Source: an uncultured virus (IMG/VR IMGVR_UViG_3300020577_006910) (lineage: Duplodnaviria; Heunggongvirae; Uroviricota; Caudoviricetes). Taken from it: DNA of 64,000 bases. Each line of letters starts with the position of its first letter. The first letter of the stretch is position 1. The position numbers and the translations under genes are program-made. Of the stretch, positions 38,164 to 48,152 are shown one piece after another. The notes beneath the pieces are model-generated. The model was given only the letters and a program-made list of their open reading frames with translations. It was not told the DNA's origin and did no database searches. The stretch lies in the IMG/VR virus record IMGVR_UViG_3300020577_006910. One strand, given 5' to 3'.

Positions 38164-38647
38164 TGTTTTCTCTTGTGAATGCTGCCATAAACGAGTTTAA
38201 GGATTGTATAAAATAGGTACAATCCTGTACGCATACACGTATACACCAATCAGCTTGTTCAGCATATGTTGCACTATTATGCAAAACTAGGTCGGTTATA
38301 GCATCTCCGTGTTTATCGAAGATAAGCGCAAACACTGATACTGTGGAATAGTTTTGCTTTAAATCAATGTATAGTTTAAAAAAATCCGCTTTTTCAATAG
38401 CGGATTTTTTAGCGAGCAACATGTTTAAATTAACGTTAACTTTTGGCCTATATGCTTCACACGCAAAGTTTACAAACAAGCCCTCATTAAGTGTTTTCAG
38501 TGTCAGTGCGCCAGTTTGTTTTTTATAATACGTAGGACTTATGTTATATGCGTTTAAAAATAGTTTAGTAAGCTTTTCATCGTAGCGTTCAGTTTTATCG
38601 TAATCAGCTTGTAAATGATCTCTTAAATCACCTATAAAGTCAGACAT
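38156..38647 (-). CDS. hypothetical protein
   Basis: ORF in operon. Confidence 0.65.
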   Translation of the reverse strand: MSDFIGDLRDHLQADYDKTERYDEKLTKLFLNAYNISPTYYKKQTGALTLKTLNEGLFVNFACEAYRPKVNVNLNMLLAKKSAIEKADFFKLYIDLKQNYSTVSVFALIFDKHGDAITDLVLHNSATYAEQADWCIRVCVQDCTYFIQSLNSFMAAFTRENNV

Positions 38648-38649
38648 AG

Positions 38650-38955
38650 TTAATCAGCATGGTTATCGTAGTTTAAACGTAGATCACGTTCCATCTTAGC
38701 TAATTCATCTTCATCCAGATCAAGATCATCTTGCTCAGCATCTTCTTGTAGGTTAGTGATTTCGTCGAGAGTACCTAAGTGTATACACTTTAACGGTATA
38801 TCTATATCTCTACCTGTTTTGGTGGTCACGCGTCCGTAACGAGTATCGCTATGCACTTCGCGTAACTTACCCTCTTTATATTCTTTTTGCAAAGAATCCC
38901 AATACACTACTATCGAGCCAATATTTGATTTAGCTTCCTTAATATCCACAAACAT
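38650..38955 (-). CDS. hypothetical protein (SH3/KOW-like N-terminus, acidic tail)
   Basis: IGSIVVYW..EGKLREV..GRVTT. Confidence 0.6.
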   Translation of the reverse strand: MFVDIKEAKSNIGSIVVYWDSLQKEYKEGKLREVHSDTRYGRVTTKTGRDIDIPLKCIHLGTLDEITNLQEDAEQDDLDLDEDELAKMERDLRLNYDNHAD

Positions 38956-38964
38956 ATCCTTTTA

Positions 38965-39291
38965 CTAAACAGCGCGTCTAGAATTTGTAATATCTAGAGC
39001 AAGCCGCTGAGAACGCGCAAATTTAATTCCACTAAAAAGTGTAGTCAAAGCGCTAACGTCTGCATTATTGTAGGCAGTATAAAACTTATACTTCTTGTCT
39101 ACAGAGTCAAAGCTGAACACAGCCACATCTCCAGCCGCGTTAATCATAATTAGACTATATGTTTTATTATTAGATTGATACAATCCTTCGCCGTTAGATC
39201 TAGCTTGCGCAAAAGTCAAATTGTACGCTAGTTTCTCTAGTTTGTTATAACCTAGACGAAGTGCAAAATTAGGGTTAGCTTGCGATGCCAT
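38965..39291 (-). CDS. hypothetical protein, probable distant paralogue of the next two genes
   Basis: EGLYQSNNKTYSLI and QRLALDI align with motifs of 39312 and 39782. Confidence 0.6.
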   Translation of the reverse strand: MASQANPNFALRLGYNKLEKLAYNLTFAQARSNGEGLYQSNNKTYSLIMINAAGDVAVFSFDSVDKKYKFYTAYNNADVSALTTLFSGIKFARSQRLALDITNSRRAV

Positions 39292-39311
39292 AGATTAAAA
39301 ATCCTTATAAA

Positions 39312-39761
39312 TTAAGCTCGATTAGGTTTCTCGAATCTCGGAGTAAAGTTTGTAAAATGCACTTTTAAATTAGTCGCCAATCTATATTGCATAGATTGCA
39401 ATTTTTCTCTGTCATCCTCTTGGAAAGAATAGTAAAAACCACCGTCATCGTTTCCACAGTACACTTGATTATGTACATAATAACCATTGTTAACAGACGG
39501 GTCTTTTTTAATAACTATGGCTAATATTGGTTGATACCCGTCATTATTACTACCTATCATATGATCGGGAACGTAAATAATAACTACTGGGTAGTTTTTG
39601 TCGTTTGTTACGTAAATACCACCAAGTTCGGACACAGATTGATTTGTAACAGACGAATTAGTTGATTTTACTATATTTGAGTATGTTAGAGGATAGCTAG
39701 AATAGGTTTCTAGTCCCTCTAACTCCACGTTAACTAAAACTTTTATAGGGCTGCCTGCCAT
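39312..39761 (-). CDS. hypothetical protein, paralogue of 39782..40243
   Basis: GGIYVTNDKNYP, GNDDGGFY, PRFE. Confidence 0.75.
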   Translation of the reverse strand: MAGSPIKVLVNVELEGLETYSSYPLTYSNIVKSTNSSVTNQSVSELGGIYVTNDKNYPVVIIYVPDHMIGSNNDGYQPILAIVIKKDPSVNNGYYVHNQVYCGNDDGGFYYSFQEDDREKLQSMQYRLATNLKVHFTNFTPRFEKPNRA

Positions 39762-39781
39762 AATACCCTCTATATAAAAAA

Positions 39782-40243
39782 TTAGAATTTCTGTTCAAAA
39801 CGCGGTTCTGTGTAGTTCTCTAAAGTTATTCGTACGCCATCAGCTAAACAAAAACCGGTTGTGAGCAAGGTCTTGCCTGCAGGGTCTGCTTCAACAAGCG
39901 CAGGACTTCCTGAGGATGGTGGTATAGTATTAAAATAGAATCCACCGTCATCTTGCCCTGTCTGTACGCAAGTATGCAAGAAAGCATTTTTATATGACGC
40001 TGGGTCTGCTTTAAATACAAGATAAAAAGTGCCGCGTAGTCCTAGCGGATCCACTGGATAACCTGCCCCAATAAACGGTGTAAACTTTGCAATTAGCGGA
40101 TATTTTTTGTGATCAGTAAAATAAATGCCGCCTCTATTAGATTGTGGAGAACCGCAATCGTGTATGTATCCGGCTGGTAGCGTACAAAGTTTTGGGTCAA
40201 GTACGCTTCGTCTATTAATAGTTACTTTAATGTTTTTTGCCAT
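39782..40243 (-). CDS. hypothetical protein, paralogue of 39312..39761
   Basis: GGIYFTDHKKYP, GQDDGGFY, PRFE. Confidence 0.75.
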   Translation of the reverse strand: MAKNIKVTINRRSVLDPKLCTLPAGYIHDCGSPQSNRGGIYFTDHKKYPLIAKFTPFIGAGYPVDPLGLRGTFYLVFKADPASYKNAFLHTCVQTGQDDGGFYFNTIPPSSGSPALVEADPAGKTLLTTGFCLADGVRITLENYTEPRFEQKF

Positions 40244-40249
40244 AATCTA

Positions 40250-40258
40250 ATTATATCA
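40250..40258 (-). promoter_or_regulatory. extended -10 (TGaTATAAT), 6 nt before ATG; putative leaderless promoter
   Basis: TGATATAAT-TAGATT-ATG, no SD. Confidence 0.55.
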
Positions 40259-40279
40259 AAAGTGGGAGATCTGCCACAA

Positions 40280-41512
40280 TTACATATCTAAATCAGGTGA
40301 CCATTTTACGCAAGGCTGTACACGCAAGGCTTTTTTAACTTCATTTCGAAGTTCCGGATTTGTTTGAATTAATTTACCTAAAACAGAAGCTGTGATATTG
40401 TCTTCCATGGCTTGTGTACGTGTAATTCCCAACTTATCGCATGTATAGACCTTACCTATACCTGTCTTAGGATATTCTACCACATTGCCCAATACTGCTT
40501 TTAAGCGGTCCCTTAAATCTGTGTTATTTTCAAAAAGGTCCATTAATAAAATAATAAAAGCTTCATCCCAGTCAAAGTAAGCTTTTTGCGCATCGTTTTC
40601 ATCATATGTTTCAATATACGGAATTTTAATCTTACGCTTATCCCGGCCAAGAGAATTGTAATGTAAGCGCCAAGTAAGGTAAGCGCCCTCAGAAGCGGCC
40701 TTCTTGATTTCACCTGCATTCTGTACGCGAATCTCCATTGAACACATAAAACCAGTAGTGGTACCACCAGCAGTTGTTTTAATAGGTAGACCCGTAGAAT
40801 TTCCATCAATTTTGTCCAACAGATGCTGAGACACAACAACTGTCGCAGGTAAACCAACTAGCTCGGAACCCCAGCTTCTAAACCACATGGAGTTAATCTG
40901 AGCGCGGTCTTGGTATGTCTTTTTACCAAAACCCTCTTTCTCTACCTCTTCTTTGATCTTCAAGCTCTGAGACCCTGTTAGAGAGTCTACACCTATGATA
41001 ACAGGTGGAACAGGTGGTCCCTTCTTGGACTTGTGCGCAATTACAGCATCTTTAATGTAGTTTAGAGTATTTGTACCAGCGAGCTGCCACTCTTCTACCG
41101 AAGTCGCGTGTATAACGGTCAGCTTCTCGGCTTTCTCACCTAGCATTGAACGTACTTTGCTATCAGACCATTTGCCCTCAGTATTTATTACGATACCTAC
41201 GCCGTTGTAGGTGTCTTGCATAGCCATAGCACAAAACTCAATCAATCCAGACGTCTTATAACACTTAGCTTCACCGGCAATAGAAATAAATGCCTGCAAA
41301 GGGAACACCTCTAGATCCATTAAATATTGTAAAGCTATGGAGTACGGTTCTATACCTATCACACGATTGTTTGTACCTATAAAAACGTTTTTCTGCCCTA
41401 GCTTCTTTTGATTAGCAGCTAGCAGACCAGTAAGAAATGGAGAAGCGTCTGTCGCTTGTTTAGCAGGTAAAAGTTCATCGCTATCAATAACTTTACGTGA
41501 AGGCTTACTCAT
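40280..41512 (-). CDS. RecA/UvsX-like recombinase
   Basis: SIALQYLM..FP, IAGEAKCYKTS (variant Walker A), INTEG, IIGVDSL, TAGG. Confidence 0.8.
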   Translation of the reverse strand: MSKPSRKVIDSDELLPAKQATDASPFLTGLLAANQKKLGQKNVFIGTNNRVIGIEPYSIALQYLMDLEVFPLQAFISIAGEAKCYKTSGLIEFCAMAMQDTYNGVGIVINTEGKWSDSKVRSMLGEKAEKLTVIHATSVEEWQLAGTNTLNYIKDAVIAHKSKKGPPVPPVIIGVDSLTGSQSLKIKEEVEKEGFGKKTYQDRAQINSMWFRSWGSELVGLPATVVVSQHLLDKIDGNSTGLPIKTTAGGTTTGFMCSMEIRVQNAGEIKKAASEGAYLTWRLHYNSLGRDKRKIKIPYIETYDENDAQKAYFDWDEAFIILLMDLFENNTDLRDRLKAVLGNVVEYPKTGIGKVYTCDKLGITRTQAMEDNITASVLGKLIQTNPELRNEVKKALRVQPCVKWSPDLDM

Positions 41513-41537
41513 ACAAAACTCCTTTAGATAGAAAACA

Positions 41538-41561
41538 ACTACAGCTAGTTAAAGCTGTAGT
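41538..41561 (-). terminator. putative intrinsic terminator
   Basis: ACTACAGCT/AGCTGTAGT stem followed by TGTTTT on the minus strand. Confidence 0.55.
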
Positions 41562-41584
41562 CGGTGCTTATACTAATAATTTGT

Positions 41585-42871
41585 TTAATTTGGTTTAGCG
41601 CCGCCAGCACGTCTAGCTGCAAGCAGTGCTTCTAGTCTAGCTGTACTGCTGGCTGCTTGTTCAGCGTTAATTGCTGGATTAGCAGGGGTAATAGGTGTCA
41701 CAACCTGAACCGGAGTTACAGGTGTAACCGGATTAATTGTGGATTGCGTTGGAGTAAGCACGACAGGTGCACCAGTTATTGGGGCGCTTTGTAGTGGCTT
41801 ATTCTTATTTAGCATACTACCTATAAATGACGCCGTTCCCTCAGATTGTTCCGAATCGCCGGACATGTCAAATGGAGCTGTAGAGGGGGCTCCACTTGTC
41901 AGCTTTTGTGTATTTGTATTTAACGGAATAGAGTGCACAGGCGGTGCCGATTGGCGATTACGCAACCATTGCGGCAAATACTCCCAGAACTCCGAATCCT
42001 TGTAAGCGTTGTAAATAACCGATGGCTCAAACGAACCACATAGAATTTCCATCTGAGAAGAGATGTTTAGAACGCGGATTACTTCATTCCACGGTCTAAA
42101 GGCACCTAGCATGTATTCCTCGGACGGTACGTTGAGCGATTGCGGTGGTGCGACCACATGCGCAACGTGTTGCTTAAACATACTGTCTAAGATATTTTGA
42201 GCAATACCCGCAGTTTGATTAATGATTATGTTCCAACCCATCGGAACCTGTGGTCGGTGCACAATCTGCGAATAATAGAACATCAGATGAGACGCAAACA
42301 AATGCTCTTGAAGGATTTTCTGGTTTTCTGCGTTCTCAAACATAGCGCCCATCGAAGATGTGGCCGAAGCCGAAATAGCAAAAACGACCCCAGCTTTTGG
42401 ATTAGCCGAATAATCTTTATTATTATGATAGTACAGGATACCTTGCATAAGACCAATTCTATGCATCTTAGGCAGGGCCGGGCCATTCTTAGAATCGCCC
42501 TTTAGCAGCTGCTCATACTCTGAAAAACCCGCTGTTTTTGCTAGCTGGCTCACTACTCGACGAAGTCGCGCATATGGGAGTTCGGTTAGAACTTGAGCCT
42601 CATCTTCAGGTAGCGACGCGTCAAAACTAATCTTTCGTGTACTACCAGCTGCTTTGACGTATCTAGGTGCTTCATGCATCCAAGGCGTCAGACTTTCGTA
42701 GTCAGCTGTAAAAGGCGGCAATATTTTGCCGTCTTCATTAGCAGCTATAGGACAGAAGATAGTAGGGTGATCCCAACTAGGTCCAAACACGGACATACCG
42801 GAATTCTCATGCAGCAAATAAGATCCTGCGCTAAAACCTGCCGAAGTATTCTTTAGATTAGAAATTTTCAT
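41585..42871 (-). CDS. hypothetical protein (position between polymerase and recombinase suggests SSB-like)
   Basis: 428 aa, low-complexity C-terminus; function inferred from synteny only. Confidence 0.55.
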   Translation of the reverse strand: MKISNLKNTSAGFSAGSYLLHENSGMSVFGPSWDHPTIFCPIAANEDGKILPPFTADYESLTPWMHEAPRYVKAAGSTRKISFDASLPEDEAQVLTELPYARLRRVVSQLAKTAGFSEYEQLLKGDSKNGPALPKMHRIGLMQGILYYHNNKDYSANPKAGVVFAISASATSSMGAMFENAENQKILQEHLFASHLMFYYSQIVHRPQVPMGWNIIINQTAGIAQNILDSMFKQHVAHVVAPPQSLNVPSEEYMLGAFRPWNEVIRVLNISSQMEILCGSFEPSVIYNAYKDSEFWEYLPQWLRNRQSAPPVHSIPLNTNTQKLTSGAPSTAPFDMSGDSEQSEGTASFIGSMLNKNKPLQSAPITGAPVVLTPTQSTINPVTPVTPVQVVTPITPANPAINAEQAASSTARLEALLAARRAGGAKPN

Positions 42872-42901
42872 AACTCACGCCTTTCAAAATATAGTAACAA
42901 C

Positions 42902-43459
42902 TCAAACAACACATAATTGTGACACTTCATCTTTAGACAAATTTTCGCCCCAACGCTTTTGAATATCAATATCGCCTAATGTGTAATGTAATTTAATTTC
43001 AGGTACTTCTAAATTGGTGCACATGCAGTAAGGTAAAACTTCTTTTGTGACTACGTTAATTTGATCAAATGGGCAAAGTAAAATAATTGCGTCATGAACA
43101 GATAAAACAATTTTGTATTTTAAATGGTTATTTTGCTTACGATAATTAAATAAATTAATTAATGCACAAGACATTGAATCAGCTACGGTACTTTGAATAC
43201 CAAAATTTACTGCCTCACGCTGCATAGCGGCAACTATTTGCCGGTCATCGCAAGGCGGAAAATAGCGATATCTACCATAGACGTTCTTTACATATCCTAC
43301 CTGAATTACCGCATCTTTGCAAGCTTGAATGTACGCTGCAATTTTATCGTACTCGGATAAAAAAGCATTAATCCAAGATTGTGCCTGCTCTACAGTAGCG
43401 TGTACGCCTTGAGCTTTTAATTGCTGACAAATAGCTCTAGCACCACGGCAATAAGGAAT
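42902..43459 (-). CDS. polA: DNA polymerase family A, exon 2
   Basis: Frame is open upstream of the 43225 ATG: IPYCRGARAI...GYVKNVYGRYRYF...REAVNFGIQSTVAD...LSVHDAI (motif C). Confidence 0.93.
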   Translation of the reverse strand: MPYCRGARAICQQLKAQGVHATVEQAQSWINAFLSEYDKIAAYIQACKDAVIQVGYVKNVYGRYRYFPPCDDRQIVAAMQREAVNFGIQSTVADSMSCALINLFNYRKQNNHLKYKIVLSVHDAIILLCPFDQINVVTKEVLPYCMCTNLEVPEIKLHYTLGDIDIQKRWGENLSKDEVSQLCVV

Positions 43460-43571
43460 CAGTTTGTTATCTTAGAGGCTTTTTATCCTCTAACTCTTGT
43501 TATCACTAACAAGCTCGGCATATATTTTCAGCGTATTACGCTGTCGCGGCCTCGTGCCAGGATTATAGTCT

Positions 43572-44528
43572 CTATTGAGGATCACCTGGTATGCTCTGCC
43601 CCTGTTGAGATCTTTGATTCTCAACTTCGGTTCGAATTGTCTCTATCGAGAGTTTTTCGCTTAATTCCGCGATTTTACTTCGGCGTTCTTTTTTCAACCA
43701 AGGACAAACATCTTCGAACGTGGCAAGACGTTCTTCTACAGTTTCCTGTCGTTTATTGTGTAGTTTACCCATGTGACAGGATTCGCAAACAGGTACTAGG
43801 TTGGTTATATCACTGTTTAGTGGATCGCCATCAATATGATGTATGTCGATCTTTACTTCACTAGCGCATATGACACAGCATTTTGGATACTTACGTAAAC
43901 ATACGCGTCTATAGTCGGGAGCATAGTAGCCAATATTTGCTCTATTAGGGTTGTTAATGTTATACGCAGAGTTTTTGTTGTACCTATGATTAAACGGACC
44001 CCACTGAGTATTACCGGATCCGATACCAGATCTAACGACCCTTCCATGTTTTATGCTATACCGAGTATTTTTTTCTTTATTTTTTACTTTTCTACATGCT
44101 TTGCAATAGAGTGCGGATGTTCGCCCTTTAAACTCAAACTCTGTCTTGCAGTTAGTACATACCAATTTTTTAGTTATTTTTGGCGTTGCATCAGACAAAC
44201 CACACGATAAAGAGCAGTATCTGTGCGTTAAGCTATTTGTCTTAAACTCTTTTTTACAGTGTTCACATACACGTGTGTGTATGGGATTAGCCGTCTGATA
44301 AGCGCGTTTGCACTTATTATCGCAGAAACGTTTACGCTTATTGGGTTTAAAGTGCTTACCACACCCTGGTGCTGCACACATAACAGTTTCAGGTAATAAC
44401 GGTAAATTATCAGCATGTCTGCTTTTACATTTACTGGTACAGAAGCGTCCCCATAAATGACCTAATTGTGGTGCGTATGCCTTGCCACAGTACGCACAAA
44501 GTTTATCCGTTGGTTGATCGTTGTTCAT
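43572..44528 (-). CDS. intron-encoded HNH homing endonuclease with tandem Cys4 zinc-finger repeats
   Basis: Four CxxC...(F/Y)C repeats, then CVIC..IDIHHIDGDPLNSDITNLVPVCESCH. Confidence 0.92.
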   Translation of the reverse strand: MNNDQPTDKLCAYCGKAYAPQLGHLWGRFCTSKCKSRHADNLPLLPETVMCAAPGCGKHFKPNKRKRFCDNKCKRAYQTANPIHTRVCEHCKKEFKTNSLTHRYCSLSCGLSDATPKITKKLVCTNCKTEFEFKGRTSALYCKACRKVKNKEKNTRYSIKHGRVVRSGIGSGNTQWGPFNHRYNKNSAYNINNPNRANIGYYAPDYRRVCLRKYPKCCVICASEVKIDIHHIDGDPLNSDITNLVPVCESCHMGKLHNKRQETVEERLATFEDVCPWLKKERRSKIAELSEKLSIETIRTEVENQRSQQGQSIPGDPQ

Positions 44529-44534
44529 GTATCT

Positions 44535-44563
44535 AGTGTAGCTAGTTTGTATTTTGAAGTCAA
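44535..44563 (-). promoter_or_regulatory. sigma70-type promoter inside the intron driving the homing endonuclease
   Basis: TTGACT-17 nt-TACACT, then 6 nt to ATG. Confidence 0.7.
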
Positions 44564-44605
44564 GAAGCTAAAACTAGCTTTTGCTAAAGATCTCTATGTT
44601 GCGAC

Positions 44606-47002
44606 ACCGAAGACAACGGCCTTGGCCGATGTGCGCCAAGACTCCAGCAATTTATCTTTTTTACGAAGCACATTTAATTCTTCAACTGTAAAATCTGATA
44701 GATATTTATCTTTATATTTAAACTCACCCATCATCTTACGCATCATATACGTATGAAGATCTGTACTTTGTAATGTATGTATGAACTTCATATCATTTGA
44801 TACGTAACCCAGCGTCCACAGTTCTGCTTGATTCCAATCGGCTTCGAGTAGAACCATGCCAGGATCAGCCACTAACACTGATTTTGCTAGCTTATAGCGT
44901 GAATCTAAGACATTGTCTTTAGTAAATATTTTAATTAATTCAGCTTCTTGTTTCTTAGGCCAGTTTTGAAGCTGTGGGCTTGTAGCATAGCGACCTGTTT
45001 CAAGGGTAGTTCTAAAAGATGTTCTAAAGCGACCATCGGCGCTTAGATTACCCCCGACACCGCCTTCATATACGCATTCACCTGTTTCTGGATTATGCGT
45101 ATAGGGTGTAAATAGATTTTTAACTAACTGATTTACTACTTTATATTTATGTAAAGTGCTGACGATGGGGCTTTCGTTAACCAGAATACCTAGCGTTTCA
45201 GCGTCAACTGCGGCAGCTGTTACTTGTGTCATATTAGCTGCTTCTACATCTTCCCATGGTAAACTACCAGCTTTACCGCCAGTGGATTTAACCGGAGTCA
45301 GTTTTAATAAATTAGCATCTGGTGGTGCTTTACGCCCCTTCTTATTAAATTTACTAAACAGGACCTCTTGACAGTGTTGAGGGGAATCCGGATTAAACCC
45401 TTCTTCTATAACATCTACTGTCTTTTCTTTACCACGTACAATCTTAGTTTGCTGAACTGTACGGGTTTTCCAATTAACCATTTCTTGTAATTGGTTAAGT
45501 AATTCTTTGGATTTATTTACAAATAAATCTGACAGATCTCTAAGTCTATGTTGATCACATAACAGACCTGTCTCTTCCATTTCTAAAATAGCTTCATTTA
45601 GCGGATGATTAACATTGTAATAAAGTTTATATATATGTTCGTTTGTACTGAGCTCTTTACTTAACAGTAAAAAAACACGATAAGTAACAATAGCGTCCAT
45701 GGCACCGTATGGAATTAGTATATCATCCGGAACTGTGCCATAACCTAATAGTTCCTTTTGTTCTTCACTGATTTTATTTTCAGCAAACCAGTCACGCAGA
45801 GGTTTGTCGTATCGTTGACAATTGAGCATTCTAAAAGCAACAAGTTCTAACTGTTTCTCAAGTGTCTCGTTACCGGGTACTAGATGATACGCTATCATTG
45901 TGTCGAAACCACCCGACACAAATAAAGGCATTAGGTCTAATCCAAAACGACGTAAGATCTTAATGTCGCCTCTAATGTTGTGACCTATCACTTTGTAACT
46001 ATTGGCGTTAAATAGCTTTGTAAGCAGTTGTACAAACGTTTTAAAGTTTTCCGGAGAACCTAATTCTGTGGGTATTAAACCGGCTTTATTAAGATGAAAA
46101 ACAACGCAATCATCTGGAGACCAGGCCAACTGAAAAGTGCGTAATGTGTGACCAGCTCCCCACTCAAGGTCAACTGACATGTACGCATTTTTAATACTAT
46201 CTGTAAACCAATCAACAAAAACAGTTAAATCTGCCAATGTGTCAATTACAATTGGTTTAATGTTTATATGAGCCTGACTGGCAGCTACTTTTTCTTCTTC
46301 ACTGTTAGCTGCCTTAAGTACAGATATAAAGTAATTTATATCTAAATTAAAATCATTTAAAGACTCGGGCGCTTTTAGCACTTCTTCGGGTGAAGTACAT
46401 ACAACGCCAATAGTGCCGTCAGGCATTACCAGTGTAGAACCTCTACAGTCTTTAAACGCTACTTTATGTTTATGTTTATCGTATAAGCGTAAAAAAGCTT
46501 TCATTGCCTCTGCGCCTAACAATAGTACATATTTTGGTTTTACTTTTTCAAATATTTGTTTCAGTAAAAACTGACCTTGCGCAATATTAGAATCTTTTTT
46601 TGTAGCTAAGTGTTTAGGTGGAGTATAGGGGCAAGCACCTGCTACCACCCATCTATTGCAATCAATTTGTTTTTCTTCAAAGGCGTTGCGAACCAGGTTA
46701 CCTTTACGAGAACATCCGTAACGATTGTCACGGGTTTCGGCAGGATCTGGATAACGAGTAAGAATTAAAACATCTGATCTGTATGCGCCAATTACGCCGT
46801 CTAATCGTGTAGGGGGTATAAAGCGCACTGATAACCCACTACCGTCATCCAGAGAAACATCTACTGGATTTGTTAAAAATAATTCAGTTGTCTCTTCCAA
46901 AGACTGCGCGTAAGTTTTTGCAGCTTGGTACACCAGTTGAGACGGGTCCAAGCCTGCCTTCTGTAAATAATCTACCAATTCCTGCTTTATCTGCTGACTC
47001 AT
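44606..47002 (-). CDS. polA: DNA polymerase family A, exon 1 (UDG-like domain + 3'-5' exonuclease + polymerase); spliced product ~984 aa
   Basis: VKPKYVLLLGAEA (UDG-like); VDLE, GHNIRGD, FDTM, YGAMDA (exo); MEETG, FNPDSP, ETGRY..PQLQNWP, EADWNQAEL (motif A), DLH, RTSAKAVVFG (motif B). Confidence 0.94.
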
Positions 47003-48152
47003 ATATATATTTCCAAACTATATTATGCGGTAAATCACCAGGATCTTTGTCATCAGGTAAATCTACAGCAACTACGCGATTACCGAATAACGTACGTAAC
47101 TTATTCAACTGAGAATACGTAGATTCTTTTGCATCGCCGTCAAATAACAAAAAACAAGCACCGTTGAAATTTATCCAGTGGTCTAATAGTTTAGTTTGAT
47201 TTGTCGTTAATTTTTTATTAGAAACAGCTACAGCTGGTCCGGCGGCATCCGATTCCTGCGGATTACCTACACGCCAAACATCCGCAGGTCCTTCTGTGAT
47301 AATGACATAAGGGTAATGCTTAGCTTGATTGTAATTGTAAAGATTATCGCCTATCTTAGAACCTGGTGCGGTATACCACTTAACTAATCTAATCGGAGCT
47401 AAATCAGTATTACACATGGAACATTTAACTGATTTAGCGTCATCAGAGTGTATCGTCTGTCCGCACATTACATTAGCGCATAAATGTAAACCAGTACAAT
47501 CCCCGCTACCTGCATATGTTACGTATCTACCCTGCCAAGCGTAAAGACCTGTGCTGTTGTACATCGGGACAATAATACGACTAGAACCTGGGGTTGTTCC
47601 GTTACCCTCGTACCAACGTAAATCAAACGCATTTGCTACTTTATGGGGATCGTGTCCTCTACTTAACAAATAAGCACATGCTCGATGATGCAGAGGTAAA
47701 CTAGCAACGTCAACTATGCCTACAGGTAATTCTATTTTTTTAATTGCGCCCTGTATTATATTGTGTAATTTAGGTTTATTAGTCGTGTTAAGCATTACAC
47801 TTATTGTTGATAAGCTGTTTATCACGTACTCAATAAACTCTGAATCCTGTTGACAATCTTCGTTAAAACATTTGATTAAATGTTTATTTTTAGTTTTGGT
47901 ATCAGCGTCATATTCATTAAACATATGACTAATATATAAACGATGTCGCGTATCTCCACACCACGGACAACAGACTTGATAGGTCTCACCCCATTCAGTT
48001 ATTTGAAACTTTTTACGTGCCGGATTAGACGGGTCTGGTATGGAATGTCCGCTCATCTTAACATTCGCATTAGTTACTTTAATGCGATTACCGCCAAATA
48101 AACCTTTGTCTATCGCTTTTAATAAACGATTATATAAATCATCATTGAGCAT
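46884..48152 (-). CDS. DNA primase (Zn-finger + TOPRIM)
   Basis: CPWCGD..RLY..CFNEDC, YLLSRG, RIIVP..WQGR, ITEGPADV, LFDGDA, DPGD; 3' end overlaps the polA start. Confidence 0.9.
   Translation of the reverse strand: MLNDDLYNRLLKAIDKGLFGGNRIKVTNANVKMSGHSIPDPSNPARKKFQITEWGETYQVCCPWCGDTRHRLYISHMFNEYDADTKTKNKHLIKCFNEDCQQDSEFIEYVINSLSTISVMLNTTNKPKLHNIIQGAIKKIELPVGIVDVASLPLHHRACAYLLSRGHDPHKVANAFDLRWYEGNGTTPGSSRIIVPMYNSTGLYAWQGRYVTYAGSGDCTGLHLCANVMCGQTIHSDDAKSVKCSMCNTDLAPIRLVKWYTAPGSKIGDNLYNYNQAKHYPYVIITEGPADVWRVGNPQESDAAGPAVAVSNKKLTTNQTKLLDHWINFNGACFLLFDGDAKESTYSQLNKLRTLFGNRVVAVDLPDDKDPGDLPHNIVWKYIYESADKAGIGRLFTEGRLGPVSTGVPSCKNLRAVFGRDN

Larger units (their letters stand above)
43460..44605 (-). 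mobile_element. group I intron (1146 nt) in polA motif B
   Basis: Exon 1 ends in U (TTCGGT) and the intron ends in G (AAACTG); joining restores AKAVVFG|IPY. Core at 43460-43673: P3 UCGCGG/CCGCGA, P7 GCAUA/UAUGC (CAGAGCAUA..AAUAUAUGC), P8 CAGCGU/ACGCUG, two P9 hairpins. P1 could not be modelled cleanly. Confidence 0.9.

Noticed and set aside
43421..43864. 147-aa plus-strand ORF
   Set aside because: Antisense to the intron core and HNH gene; no recognisable motifs.
44594..44596. TAG interrupting polA as evidence for amber recoding
   Set aside because: Explained by the group I intron. Other conserved genes are intact in the standard code, several end in TAG, and the tRNA anticodon is UUG, not CUA.
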